A stretch of 64,000 nucleotides of DNA, from positions 3,008,001-3,072,000 of the forward strand of contig OY843592.1 of assembly GCA_963692865.2 (NCBI GenBank), in the 5' to 3' direction. The number at the start of each line of letters is the position of its first letter. Positions within the stretch are counted from its first letter, which is position 1. Both the position numbers and the translations under genes were made by a program. Below the pieces are notes generated by a model that saw nothing but the letters and a program-made list of their open reading frames with translations, had not been told where the DNA came from and ran no database searches. Positions 37,042-46,851 of this stretch are shown here, piece by piece. The DNA comes from a bacterium (GTDB lineage Bacteria > UBA8248).

Positions 37042-37723
37042 CCTTTATATCAACAGCTTCGGGGATTTCGTCGCTTCTGAGTTCCCCTATCGTCGTCATC
37101 ACGCGATCGATGATCTTCCGGCTCGCCTCCTTCGTGTTGACGATTGTATATTCATCGCTCAAATCCATCGGCGCGCCGAAGCGTATCTCGACCCTCGTTC
37201 CCGGGCGCGGGATGATCTTGCCCACCGGAATCACCCGGTCCGTCCCCTTCACGGAGACGGGGACGACCGTCGGCGTGGTGTTCCTCACGATCCTGCCCAC
37301 CATCCGGTTTCCCTGCAGGAGCCTTCCGTCGCGGCTCCGCGTGCCCTCGGGGTAGAGGATCACTTTGCCTTCTCTGATGTATTCCTCGATCATGCGGATG
37401 GACTTCCTGTCCGCTCCGCCGCGTTTGATGGGGAAACCCCGCCATTTGCGCAAAATCCAGCCCACGACGGGGATGTCGAAAAGCTCTTCCTTCCCCGCCT
37501 GGCGAAGCAGTTCTTCGGGATATTTCAAATAGACGGCCCAGGGTATCACCAGGACGTCGAGGGCGGAGATGTGATTGCTCAGGAACAGGACGCTCCCCCC
37601 CGGCGGGATGTTTTCCATCCCGGTGATTTTCATTTTCGTGAACAGGCGCACCAGAAGACCCACGAAGCCGCGTCCCAGCCTTATCATCACCCGCTCGCTC
37701 AATGGACCCGTACCGGCGATCAA
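37025..37723 (-). CDS. plsC: Lysophospholipid acyltransferase
   Basis: NHISALD (HX4D) and YPEGTRS. Confidence 0.85.
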   Translation of the reverse strand: MIAGTGPLSERVMIRLGRGFVGLLVRLFTKMKITGMENIPPGGSVLFLSNHISALDVLVIPWAVYLKYPEELLRQAGKEELFDIPVVGWILRKWRGFPIKRGGADRKSIRMIEEYIREGKVILYPEGTRSRDGRLLQGNRMVGRIVRNTTPTVVPVSVKGTDRVIPVGKIIPRPGTRVEIRFGAPMDLSDEYTIVNTKEASRKIIDRVMTTIGELRSDEIPEAVDIKDVASE

Positions 37724-37964
37724 CTCGAAACTCCCCCATCGTATAAAACTGAAAAATCACTGAATTTCATGGTTTTCAACAGCCGAACCACCCAGTAGGC
37801 GTAGAGCGCAACTGCGCAGGGGCGAACGAAGCGGCATTATACCCTCCCACGATGGAGAATGACACAAGGCGGGTTCAAAAACGAGGTTGCCCGGCGAAGA
37901 AGGGGGTGCAATAATTCGCGCGCCTTGCAAAGATACGACCATTCGCCCGGAAGGGGAGTTTCGC

Positions 37965-39344
37965 GTGCCAGGCATCAACCCGCTGATCTTCAGGGAATAC
38001 GACATCCGCGGCGTAGTCGGAAAAGACCTCACGGCCGAGGTCGTCGAGACCATCGGCGGTGCGCTCGGAACGCACCTGGGCGGCGCGGGGGGAGCCGCCG
38101 TCGCCGTCGGGCGGGACAACCGCTTCTCCTCCCCTGATTTCTACGAGGCGCTCCGAAAAGGCCTCACTGCGTCCGGCTGCCGCGTGGTCGGGGTCGGCAT
38201 GGCGCCCACCCCGGTGGTCTCCTTCGCGACGCACCACCTGGACGTGGCGGGGGCGGTGCAGATCACTGGCTCTCACAACCCGCCGGAATTCAACGGCTTC
38301 AAAATCACCCGGGGGCGCGAGGCGATCCACGGCTCGGAAATCCAGGAGATACGGAAAATCATCGAGGAGGGCCGTATCCACCGGGCCGAGACGCGGGGCG
38401 CGTTCGAGGAGGTCGACATCAGGCACAGGTACATCGAGCGGGCGTCCAAGGATCTCGCGCTCTCGCGGCCCATGAAGGTCGTGGTGGATGCGGGGAACGG
38501 CGTCGGCGGCACGGTGGCGCCCCAGGTGCTGAAAAGAATCGGCGCCGAAGTGGTGGAGCTCTTCACCGAACCGGACGCCTCCTATCCGAATCACCACCCC
38601 GACCCCACGGTGCCCGAAAATCTCGAATCCCTGATAGCGAAGGTTCGCGAGACGGGCGCGGAGGTTGGTATCGGCTTGGACGGCGACGGCGACCGCATCG
38701 GCGCGGTGGACGCCACGGGCAGGATCATCTGGGGGGACGAGCTGCTCATGCTGCTCGCCGCGCCCATTCTGGCGCGTAGCCCCGGTGAGGCCATCGTCTT
38801 CGACGTGAAATGCTCATCGCGCCTGGCCGACGCCGTGAAGCGGATGGGCGGGCGTCCGGTGATGAGCGCGACGGGGCACTCGCTCGTACGCGCCAAGATA
38901 GTGGAGGAGAAGGCGCCTTTGGGCGGCGAGCTTTCGGGCCACATCTTCTTCGTGGACGGCTATCTGGGCTATGACGACGCCATCTACACCGCAGCCAGAC
39001 TCCTGCATCTTCTATGCGACTCGGGGGAAACGCTCGCCGAGCGGGTATCTGAAATCCCCATCTCGGTCTCGACGCCCGAGATCAGGGTCGCCTGCCCGGA
39101 TGAGGAGAAATTCCAGATCGTGGGAGACTTAAAGAATCACTTCAGGAATCTATACGAAACCATTGAAGTAGATGGCGCTCGCATCAATTTCGAGAAAGGC
39201 TGGGGCCTCATTCGCGCCTCGAACACCCAGCCAGTACTCGTCATGCGCTTCGAGGCGCTCGATGAACCCTCCCTGCGCGCGTACCAGAGCGAAGTATACG
39301 AAGAGATAAAAAAATACCCCGCCGTCTCCCTGCCGGATGCGTAG
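37965..39344 (+). CDS. Phosphomannomutase/phosphoglucomutase (AlgC-like)
   Basis: IFREYDIRG, TGSHNP, DGDGDR, GELSGH, RASNTQP; GTG start at 37965 after GGGGAG. Confidence 0.93.
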   Translation: MPGINPLIFREYDIRGVVGKDLTAEVVETIGGALGTHLGGAGGAAVAVGRDNRFSSPDFYEALRKGLTASGCRVVGVGMAPTPVVSFATHHLDVAGAVQITGSHNPPEFNGFKITRGREAIHGSEIQEIRKIIEEGRIHRAETRGAFEEVDIRHRYIERASKDLALSRPMKVVVDAGNGVGGTVAPQVLKRIGAEVVELFTEPDASYPNHHPDPTVPENLESLIAKVRETGAEVGIGLDGDGDRIGAVDATGRIIWGDELLMLLAAPILARSPGEAIVFDVKCSSRLADAVKRMGGRPVMSATGHSLVRAKIVEEKAPLGGELSGHIFFVDGYLGYDDAIYTAARLLHLLCDSGETLAERVSEIPISVSTPEIRVACPDEEKFQIVGDLKNHFRNLYETIEVDGARINFEKGWGLIRASNTQPVLVMRFEALDEPSLRAYQSEVYEEIKKYPAVSLPDA

Positions 39345-39924
39345 ACTCCGCGCGCTCTACGAGTGGGTGCTGAGCTGGGCGGATTCGCGCTACGCCCTGC
39401 CCGCCCTCATCGTCGTATCGACGACAGAATCCGTCTTCTTTCCCATACCGCCGGACCCGCTTCTGATGGCGCTGGCCCTCGCCAGGCCGCAAAGAGCGTA
39501 TCTCTACGCCGCCGTCTGCTCGGCGGCCTCCGTTCTGGGCGGGGCGCTGGGCTACTTAATCGGCTTTTATTTGCTTCAAAGCGTCGGCGAGCCCATCATC
39601 GCGTTCTACGGCGTGGCGGATAAATACCAGATCGTTCAGGAATACTATCGCGCCTATGACGCCTGGGCGGTGGGCATCGCGGGCTTCACGCCAATCCCCT
39701 ATAAAGTGTTCACGATTTCGGCGGGCGCGTTCGAGATCAATTTTCTCGTTTTCCTCATCGCGTCTATCGTGAGCCGCTCGGCGCGTTTTTTCATCGAGGC
39801 CGCGCTCATCCACCGCTTCGGCCCGCCGATACGAAGTTTCATCGATCGCCGCTTTAATTTATTGACCATCCTCTTTATCGTATTGCTTTTGGGCGGTTTT
39901 CTCCTGTTCAAAGGATTCTTCTAA
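39337..39924 (+). CDS. YqaA/DedA (VTT domain) membrane protein
   Basis: ESVFFPIPPD, AGFTPIPYKVF. Confidence 0.88.
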   Translation: MRRLRALYEWVLSWADSRYALPALIVVSTTESVFFPIPPDPLLMALALARPQRAYLYAAVCSAASVLGGALGYLIGFYLLQSVGEPIIAFYGVADKYQIVQEYYRAYDAWAVGIAGFTPIPYKVFTISAGAFEINFLVFLIASIVSRSARFFIEAALIHRFGPPIRSFIDRRFNLLTILFIVLLLGGFLLFKGFF

Positions 39925-41039
39925 TGGCCGGACGCGGCGCGCCCCCCTTGTGGGCGGTCATCATGGCGGGAGGCTCGGGGACGCGCTTCTGGCCCGTGAG
40001 CAGAAAATCGAAACCCAAGCAATTCCTGCCGCCCGGCGGGGGGATTCCTCCCAAAAACGCCGGCCCATCGCTGCTGGAACTCACACTCAAGCGCGCTCGC
40101 GGCCTGGCGCCCCCCGAGCGGACGCTCGTCATGGCCTCGGCGGCGCACCGGAAATTTCTGAGAAATCTCGATATCCCCAAAGGCAACGTCGTCCGTGAAC
40201 CCGCGTCGAAAAACACCGCGCCCTGCCTCGGGCTGGCCGCCCGCATCATCGAATCGAGGGAGCCGGGCGCGCTCATATGCGCCGTGCCCGCGGACCAGTT
40301 CATCGGAAAAACGAGAGCGTTCCGAAAACTCGTCAAGGCGGGAGCGCGTCTGGCGCGTGAGCATGGAGCCATCGTCTCGCTCGGTGTACCGCCCCGCTCA
40401 ACCGAGACCGGATACGGCTACATCGAGTGCGGCGCGCGCATCACGCCTCCAAGCGAAATCGAGGCGTTCCGCGCCAAGAGGTTCAGGGAAAAACCACCGC
40501 TCGCACAGGCCAAAAGGTACGCGGCTTCCGGGAAACATTTCTGGAACAGCGGCATTTTTATCTCACAGGCCGCTCACCTAATTGAAGAGCTAAAGGCCCA
40601 CTCGCCCCGCCTGAGCGCGCTCCTAGACCGCACAGCATCCGCGTTTGATAAGCGCGACGCCGCTACATTCTCGAAATTATGGGAGAAGTGCGAATCCATC
40701 AGCATCGACTACGCGGTGATGGAGCGAACGCGCCGCTTAATCGTCCTGCCCGCCGATGTCGGCTGGAGCGATCTGGGCACGTGGCCGGCCCTTCGAGGCG
40801 TCCTGCCGCGCGATGAAGCAGGCAACGTCTGGATACTGCCCAGGGGGGGCAAGACCGAGTCCATCGACGCGAAGAACCTCATCGTCCGCTCGAACAAGAA
40901 ACTCGTCGCCGCAGTCGGGGTAGAAGACCTCATCGTCGTCGAGACGGACGACGCGCTCCTCATCTGTTCGGTTGAGAGCGCGGAAAAAATCGGCGAGATA
41001 GTGAAAAATCTTGGGCGTGGCAACGCCAGATATCTATGA
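39924..41039 (+). CDS. manC: Mannose-1-phosphate guanylyltransferase (no isomerase domain)
   Basis: IMAGGSGTRFWP, PKQF, TGYGYI, FREKP, WNSG, SIDYAVME, WSDLG. Confidence 0.9.
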   Translation: MAGRGAPPLWAVIMAGGSGTRFWPVSRKSKPKQFLPPGGGIPPKNAGPSLLELTLKRARGLAPPERTLVMASAAHRKFLRNLDIPKGNVVREPASKNTAPCLGLAARIIESREPGALICAVPADQFIGKTRAFRKLVKAGARLAREHGAIVSLGVPPRSTETGYGYIECGARITPPSEIEAFRAKRFREKPPLAQAKRYAASGKHFWNSGIFISQAAHLIEELKAHSPRLSALLDRTASAFDKRDAATFSKLWEKCESISIDYAVMERTRRLIVLPADVGWSDLGTWPALRGVLPRDEAGNVWILPRGGKTESIDAKNLIVRSNKKLVAAVGVEDLIVVETDDALLICSVESAEKIGEIVKNLGRGNARYL

Positions 41040-41061
41040 ACCGTCCACCGGAAGATTGAGC

Positions 41062-41868
41062 ATGCTCTGGGAACACGCCCTCATTCTCGGCGTCCTCCAA
41101 GGCCTCACTGAATTTCTGCCGGTGAGCAGCTCGGGACACCTCGTTCTGGGCCAGAGCATTCTGGGGCTGAAAGAACCCGAGTTGCTCTTCGACGTCCTGC
41201 TCCACGTCGGCACGCTCGCCGCCGTAATCGTCTTTTACGGAAAAGATATCCGGCGCATCGCCTGGGGCTGGTGCTCTTCCCTGTTGGGCAAGGATTCGGG
41301 CGACGGCGCGGCCAGAACCGGCTGGCTCTTGATTCTAGGATCCATCCCTGCGGGAATTGTGGGCGTTTTTCTGGGCGATCTGGTCGAGCAGATGTTCGCC
41401 TCCCCCAAGCTCGCCGCCTGCGCGCTGCTCGGGACGGGCGGTATTTTAAGCCTGAGCGAACCCCGAAAGGGCGGGGGCCGGGAGGAAGCGCAGATGACGG
41501 CCAAAGACGCCCTCATCATCGGCCTCTTTCAGGCGTTCGCCATCGTTCCGGGCATCTCGCGCTCGGGAGCGACCATCGCCGCCGCCCTCATGCGCGGCGT
41601 GGCGCGCGAGCAGGCCGCGCGCTTCAGCTTCCTGCTGTCCGTGCCAGCGATTCTGGGCGCATTCGCACTCAAGATAAAAGATTTGGAAGGCCCTTTAGGC
41701 GCCAGGCTGCTCCCATACGCCGTCGGGGCGCTCGCCGCGGCTATCGTGGGAACACTCGCCTTGGGCTGGCTCATCCGGCTCGTGCGGGGCGGCAATCTGG
41801 CGCGTTTTCGCTACTACTGCTGGGGCGCGGGCTCAGTGGCCCTCATCTACCTGTTCGCTTCGGGATAG
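41062..41868 (+). CDS. uppP: Undecaprenyl-diphosphatase BacA
   Basis: QGLTEFLPVSSSGHL, PGISRSG, ARFSFLL. Confidence 0.95.
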   Translation: MLWEHALILGVLQGLTEFLPVSSSGHLVLGQSILGLKEPELLFDVLLHVGTLAAVIVFYGKDIRRIAWGWCSSLLGKDSGDGAARTGWLLILGSIPAGIVGVFLGDLVEQMFASPKLAACALLGTGGILSLSEPRKGGGREEAQMTAKDALIIGLFQAFAIVPGISRSGATIAAALMRGVAREQAARFSFLLSVPAILGAFALKIKDLEGPLGARLLPYAVGALAAAIVGTLALGWLIRLVRGGNLARFRYYCWGAGSVALIYLFASG

Positions 41869-41877
41869 CGCGCTTCG

Positions 41878-41967
41878 GACAGGCACGGGGGCCTGTCCCT
41901 ACGGGCCCACCCTCCCGGGTCGGCTTCATACCACAAATCACGAAGCCAGGACTTTTTCAACAACCCC
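41878..41967. mobile_element. 90-bp insert (GTAG-REP hairpin plus one IS-like end) between 10-bp direct repeats
   Basis: GCGCGCTTCG at 41868-41877 and 41968-41977; insert ends GACTTTTTCAACAACCCC; diverged homolog at ~61955-62046. Confidence 0.7.
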
Positions 41968-41978
41968 GCGCGCTTCGC

Positions 41979-42593
41979 CTAGTGCATGGGTGAAAACGAA
42001 GAGGGCACCCAAATTTCCGAATTCTGCGAATCCAGGAACGGGCGCGAACCCGGAGGCCAGTTCGGCAACTCGTGCGCTTTCTTGCGAATCTCGGCGCGGT
42101 GGTTCATGTCCTCATACGCCCAGACGTGAATCCACTGGTTGAGCGGCCCCACGTCGGTCATGAAGAGCGCCGCCAGCGGGGAGAGCTCTTCCCGCGCGGC
42201 GATGTGCTCTGTCCAGCGGCTCAGGACTTCTCCCGTCTTGCCGGGCTGCACGGTGTAGGTTCTGAACTCGTATACGCCGCCATACTGTCCAAGGCGCGGT
42301 TCGGGCCGGAACGGGGGAGCCGTCATGACCTTGCTCTCCTGATCGAGAATGAGATGCCCGTTGGGCGGCGGCCACCAGTCCATCGACATCGTTTTCGCGC
42401 GCACCTCGGCGCGGTGATCCATGCTCTCGTACTGCCAGATATGCCTGATGCGGTTCAGGTCCCCGACCTCGGTATGAAAAAATCCCATGATCGGAGAAAC
42501 TTCGTTCCTCTTGTCGATGACTTTGGCAAAATTCTCCTCGAACTCGGCCACGCCGCCGACGGTCAGCCGATAAGTGCGCATCTCGTATATCAT
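41979..42593 (-). CDS. NIPSNAP family protein (two domains)
   Basis: MIYEMRTY...GDLNRIRHIWQYES and VYEFRTY...GPLNQWIHVWAYED; SFSPMH end; GAGGAG RBS. Confidence 0.9.
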   Translation of the reverse strand: MIYEMRTYRLTVGGVAEFEENFAKVIDKRNEVSPIMGFFHTEVGDLNRIRHIWQYESMDHRAEVRAKTMSMDWWPPPNGHLILDQESKVMTAPPFRPEPRLGQYGGVYEFRTYTVQPGKTGEVLSRWTEHIAAREELSPLAALFMTDVGPLNQWIHVWAYEDMNHRAEIRKKAHELPNWPPGSRPFLDSQNSEIWVPSSFSPMH

Positions 42594-42704
42594 GGAAATT
42601 CTCCTCACAGATGTTTTCAGAAAAAGGATTTATTCGAAGTGTAGGCCTAAGCGTGCAGGCGGGCAAGGACGCGAGGGCTTTATTCGCCCAGGCAGGCTTC
42701 AGAG

Positions 42705-43180
42705 TAACCCCCCAACCCCCCTGCTCAGGGGGGCTTTTCCTCCACCCCTCGTCGGGGGGTATCGCCTTTACCCCCCTGACAAGGGGGGGCAGGGGGGGTG
42801 CTTTTCCAGTCGAGAAGGGCGCCCCCTCTACCCCCGGAAAGGGGTCTTTTTCAACAACCCCATATACACGACCTGCATATCGAATGGGGAGGGCCGCATG
42901 TATGCGTCCCCTATGGGAACATCCCTTTGAGAGATCACAATGCCCGTCATTCCGGCGTATGCCGGAATCCAGGGACTTTGTCTTTGCTCTTTGCCTTTTC
43001 CCATCCGACCGGTGAGAACGCAAAAGACCGGAGCACTTTGATCCTCATCGGCCCTGGATTCCGGCCTTCGCCGGAATGACGAACAAAACCGCACCGCCTC
43101 GCAGGGACACGACCTGTCCCTACCACCTCGCAAACGCAGAATGTCGGGGTTCCGTAGGGGCCGTATATAAGCAGTCCATG
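42705..43180. repeat. Composite palindromic intergenic array 1
   Basis: C6/G6 hairpin pair 42705-42798; IS-like end 42845-42861; CGTC-REP doublet 42945-43081; GTAG hairpins near 43101-43123 and 43154. Confidence 0.8.
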
Positions 43181-43202
43181 ACGGGCGACGAAAAAAGCCT
43201 CC

Positions 43203-43907
43203 CTATTCGCCCAAGTAGGCCTCGCGGACGGCGGGCGAATCGCGCAGGACGTCCGGCCTGTCGCCCATGACGATCCGCCCCGTCTCCATCACGTAGGCCC
43301 AGTCCGAGAAATTGAGCGCCAGATGCGCGTTTTGCTCGACGAGGAAAATGCCCGTCCCCTCGTCTCGGATTCTCGCCAGCACCTCGAAGATGGTCTCGAT
43401 GATCCGGGGCGCGAGGCCGAGGGAGGGTTCATCGAGCAGGAGGAGTCTGGGCCTCGACATCAGGGCGCGCGCGATGGCCAGCATCTGCTGCTCCCCGCCC
43501 GAGAGCGTGCCGCCCCTCTGGCCGCGCCGCTCGTGCAACACGGGAAACAGGGAGCAGACGTAATCCAGATCGTCTTTCACGCCTGCCGCGTCGTTTCTCA
43601 AAAAAGCGCCCATCTCCAGGTTTTCGAGCACGGTCAGGTCCGGGAAGATGCGCCTGCCCTCGGGCACCTGACAGATGCCGCGCCTCACGATCTCATCCGG
43701 CTCCCGTGCGTGAATGGCCTCCCCCTCTAAGAGTATCTCGCCCTGGACGACGGCGTTGACGCCGCATATCGCCATCAAGGTGGAGGATTTCCCCGCCCCG
43801 TTGCTGCCGATGAGGCAGACGACCTGCCCCGAGCGCACTTCCATCGACACGCCCTGGAGCGCGTGGATGTGGCCGTAGTAGAAATGAACCTCCCTCAGTT
43901 CAAGCAT
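43203..43907 (-). CDS. livF: Branched-chain amino acid ABC ATPase
   Basis: GSNGAGKS, VPEGRRIF, LSGGEQQMLA, DEPSLGLAP. Confidence 0.93.
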   Translation of the reverse strand: MLELREVHFYYGHIHALQGVSMEVRSGQVVCLIGSNGAGKSSTLMAICGVNAVVQGEILLEGEAIHAREPDEIVRRGICQVPEGRRIFPDLTVLENLEMGAFLRNDAAGVKDDLDYVCSLFPVLHERRGQRGGTLSGGEQQMLAIARALMSRPRLLLLDEPSLGLAPRIIETIFEVLARIRDEGTGIFLVEQNAHLALNFSDWAYVMETGRIVMGDRPDVLRDSPAVREAYLGE

Positions 43908-44676
43908 CGGAAGTCCCCAGATAGGCTTCCAGCACCTTGGGGTCGCGCCGCACCTCGGCGGGGGTTCCGTCCGCAATCTTCTCCCCGTGGTCGAGGACGA
44001 CCACGCGATCCGAGATGCCCATGACCACCTTCATGTCGTGTTCGATCAGCAAAATGGTGACGCCACGATCGCGAATCGCCAGTATCAACTCGTTGAGCAC
44101 GCCCTTCTCGCTCGGGTTCATGCCCGCGGCGGGTTCGTCGAGCAGCAGGAGGCTGGGCTCGCTCGCCAGGGCGCGGGCGATCTCGAGCCTTCTCTGATCC
44201 CCGTAGGAGAGCGCCTCCGCCATGTTTGAGGCGTAGGCGCCGATGCCCGTGAACTCGAGCAGATCCATGGCCTCGGCCACCGCCCGGCGCTCCTCGGCCA
44301 CCATGCCGGGGAGCCTGAATATCGCGCCAATCGGGCCGGCGCGCATCTTGCAGTGCCGGCCCACGAGGACGTTTTCGAGCACCGTCATCCCGCGGAACAG
44401 ACGAATGTTCTGGAACGTGCGCGCGATGCCCCGGCTCGCCACTTCGCTCGGTTTCAAGCCAACGAGGTTTTTGCCCTTGAACACGACGTCGCCCCCGGTG
44501 GGCGCGTGCAGGCCGGTCACCACGTTGAAGGCGGTCGTCTTGCCCGCGCCGTTCGGGCCGATGAGCCCGAGCACCTCGCCCTCGTGCAATATCAGGTCCA
44601 GAGAATCGAGCGCCACCACGCCGCCGAAGCGCCGCGTGAGATTTTTCAGCAACAAAAGACGAACCTTAGCGTTCAT
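43900..44676 (-). CDS. livG: Branched-chain amino acid ABC ATPase
   Basis: GPNGAGKTT, RTFQNIRLF, DEPAAGMN, IEHDM; start ATG at 44676. Confidence 0.93.
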   Translation of the reverse strand: MNAKVRLLLLKNLTRRFGGVVALDSLDLILHEGEVLGLIGPNGAGKTTAFNVVTGLHAPTGGDVVFKGKNLVGLKPSEVASRGIARTFQNIRLFRGMTVLENVLVGRHCKMRAGPIGAIFRLPGMVAEERRAVAEAMDLLEFTGIGAYASNMAEALSYGDQRRLEIARALASEPSLLLLDEPAAGMNPSEKGVLNELILAIRDRGVTILLIEHDMKVVMGISDRVVVLDHGEKIADGTPAEVRRDPKVLEAYLGTSDA

Positions 44677-45854
44677 TTCCCCGCCCCCGTCTCTTTTGGC
44701 GATTCGCCTCGTTCGAGATGGTGACGCCGGCCCTTGGCCTGCAGGAGTCCCTGGGGTCTCAGCACCATCATGAGCACCATGGCGCCCCCCAGAAGCATGG
44801 GCCGGAACAGCGTGAGTTCCCGGAGCGCCTCGGGCAGCACGGTGAGGATGAACGCGCCCAGCATGACGCCCGGAATGCTCGCCATGCCGCCCAGCACCAC
44901 CATGCACAGGATGATGACGGACTCAAAAAACGTAAAACTCTCCGGCGAGATGAACGTCTGCTTCGCGGAGAAGACGACGCCCCCGAACCCCGCCCAGGCG
45001 GCGCCGAAGGCGAAGGCGGAGAGCTTCGTGTAGACGATGTTGACGCCCACGCACTCGGCCACCGTCTCGTCCTCGCGCATGGCCGCCCAGGCGCGGCCCA
45101 GGCGGCTCTTGTCGAGCCGGTTCACGATGAAGATGGTGATGACGCACAAGACGAGAACGAGGTAGTAGAAGTGCATGGGCTTGTAGAGGCGCATCTCGCC
45201 CAGGTAGGGGCGTCCGATGCCCAGGATGCCGTTCGGGCCCTGGGTCACGTTGTCCCAGTTGTTCAAGACCAGGCGGATGATCTCGCCGAAGCCGAGCGTG
45301 ACGATGGCGAGATAATCGCCCCGGAGCCGCAGGACGGGAACGCCCAGAATGACTCCGAACAGGGCGGAGCAGGCCACGCCGACGCCCAAGGCCGGCCAGA
45401 AGGAAAGCCCGTACCAGCTGTTCAGAAGAGCGTAGGAATACGCCCCCACGGCGTAGAAGGCCACGTAGCCCAGATCCAGGAGGCCAGCGAAGCCGACCAC
45501 CACGTTCAGCCCAAGCGCCAGCATGATGTAGATGCCCGTGATGACGAGCACATCGGTGGAGTAGCGGTCGAGCGTCCAGGGGAGCGCGATGATGAGGAGC
45601 AGGAACAGGCTCCAGTAGCGCTTGTCGTAGGATTTCTCCTCGATGAAGCCCCAGGCGGACGTGAAACCGCTCTTGATGCGCTCCGCAGGCTCCGCCAGAG
45701 CGCCGGACTGCACGCTCGCCCGCGCCGCGCTGACCACGAAGACGACGGCGGCGCAGCCCAGCCCTATCCAGAGGCTGTTCTTCCATCCCGCGAGCGGCAG
45801 CGCCAGAAAGGCGAACCACATGCCGATGAGCGGGACTCTCGCGTATGCGCTCAT
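44673..45854 (-). CDS. livM: Branched-chain amino acid ABC permease
   Basis: GLNVVVGFAGLLDLGYVAF, LRGDYLAIVTLGFGEI. Confidence 0.93.
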   Translation of the reverse strand: MSAYARVPLIGMWFAFLALPLAGWKNSLWIGLGCAAVVFVVSAARASVQSGALAEPAERIKSGFTSAWGFIEEKSYDKRYWSLFLLLIIALPWTLDRYSTDVLVITGIYIMLALGLNVVVGFAGLLDLGYVAFYAVGAYSYALLNSWYGLSFWPALGVGVACSALFGVILGVPVLRLRGDYLAIVTLGFGEIIRLVLNNWDNVTQGPNGILGIGRPYLGEMRLYKPMHFYYLVLVLCVITIFIVNRLDKSRLGRAWAAMREDETVAECVGVNIVYTKLSAFAFGAAWAGFGGVVFSAKQTFISPESFTFFESVIILCMVVLGGMASIPGVMLGAFILTVLPEALRELTLFRPMLLGGAMVLMMVLRPQGLLQAKGRRHHLERGESPKETGAGK

Positions 45855-46756
45855 GTTCTGTCCGCCTCGCCGGAGCCGCCCAGGATTCCCTCGGGCCGGA
45901 AAATGAGGACGACGACCAGCACCATGAAGGCGAAGACGTCCTTATAGACGGCGGAGACGTATCCCGCCCAGAAACTCTCCAGAAGCGCCAGCAGAAAACC
46001 GCCCAGGAACGCTCCCGTGACGTTGCCGATGCCGCCCAGCACGGCGGCGGTGAACGCCTTCATACCCGCCACGAAGCCGATGTGGTGGTTCACGATGCCG
46101 TAGTACATCCCCACCATCACGCCGGCCACGGCGGCCAGCACGGAGCCGATGGCGAACGTGACCGCGATCACCCGGTTCACGTTCACGCCGACGAGCGAGG
46201 CCATCGTCCTGTCCTGCGCGGTGGCGCGCATGGCCTTGCCGAGCTTCGTCTTCTTGATGAAAAGCTGAAGAGCGGCCATGAGGCCCAGCGCCAGAATGAG
46301 GATGAAAATCTGGAGGCCGTTCACGTAGGCGCCGAAAAGCTGGAAGCTCCCGAGTTCGAGGAGATTGGGAAACGCCTTGTCCCGCGCTCCCTGCACCACC
46401 TGCACGTAGTTCTGGAGAAAGAGGCTCATGCCTATCGCGCTGATGAGCGGGGAGAGCCTCGGCGCGTTTCGCAGCGGGCGGTAGGCCACGCGCTCCAGGG
46501 TGATTCCATACGCGGCGCAGTAGACCATCGGGATGAGGAAGACGAGAACGATGCTCAGCGCCAGGCTCGTCTGCGTCAGGCCCATCGTCCCCAGCACCGC
46601 AAGGACGGCGATGCCCACGTACGCGCCTATCATGTAGATTTCGCCGTGGGCGAAATTGATGAGCTGCAAGATGCCGTAGACGAGCGTATAGCCCAGGGCG
46701 ATCAGGGCGTATACCGCGCCCACGACGAGTCCGTTCACCAACTGTTGCGCAAACAT
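45851..46756 (-). CDS. livH: Branched-chain amino acid ABC permease
   Basis: YALIALGYTLVYG, INFAHGE, KAFTAAVLGGIG. Confidence 0.94.
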   Translation of the reverse strand: MFAQQLVNGLVVGAVYALIALGYTLVYGILQLINFAHGEIYMIGAYVGIAVLAVLGTMGLTQTSLALSIVLVFLIPMVYCAAYGITLERVAYRPLRNAPRLSPLISAIGMSLFLQNYVQVVQGARDKAFPNLLELGSFQLFGAYVNGLQIFILILALGLMAALQLFIKKTKLGKAMRATAQDRTMASLVGVNVNRVIAVTFAIGSVLAAVAGVMVGMYYGIVNHHIGFVAGMKAFTAAVLGGIGNVTGAFLGGFLLALLESFWAGYVSAVYKDVFAFMVLVVVLIFRPEGILGGSGEADRT

Positions 46757-46783
46757 AGAAAAATCTTTACACGATCACGAGGC

Positions 46784-46828
46784 AAAAAAGAAGGGGAGGC
46801 TTTCGGGGGTGTTGCCTCCCCCCGAAAA
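46784..46828 (-). terminator. Intrinsic terminator between livK and livH, with an alternative competing hairpin
   Basis: Minus strand GGGGAGGC...GCCTCCCC-TTCTTTTTT; overlapping alternative stem TTTCGGGGG/CCCCCGAAA. Confidence 0.65.
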
Positions 46829-46851
46829 CAAATGAATTTCTCAATCGACAT

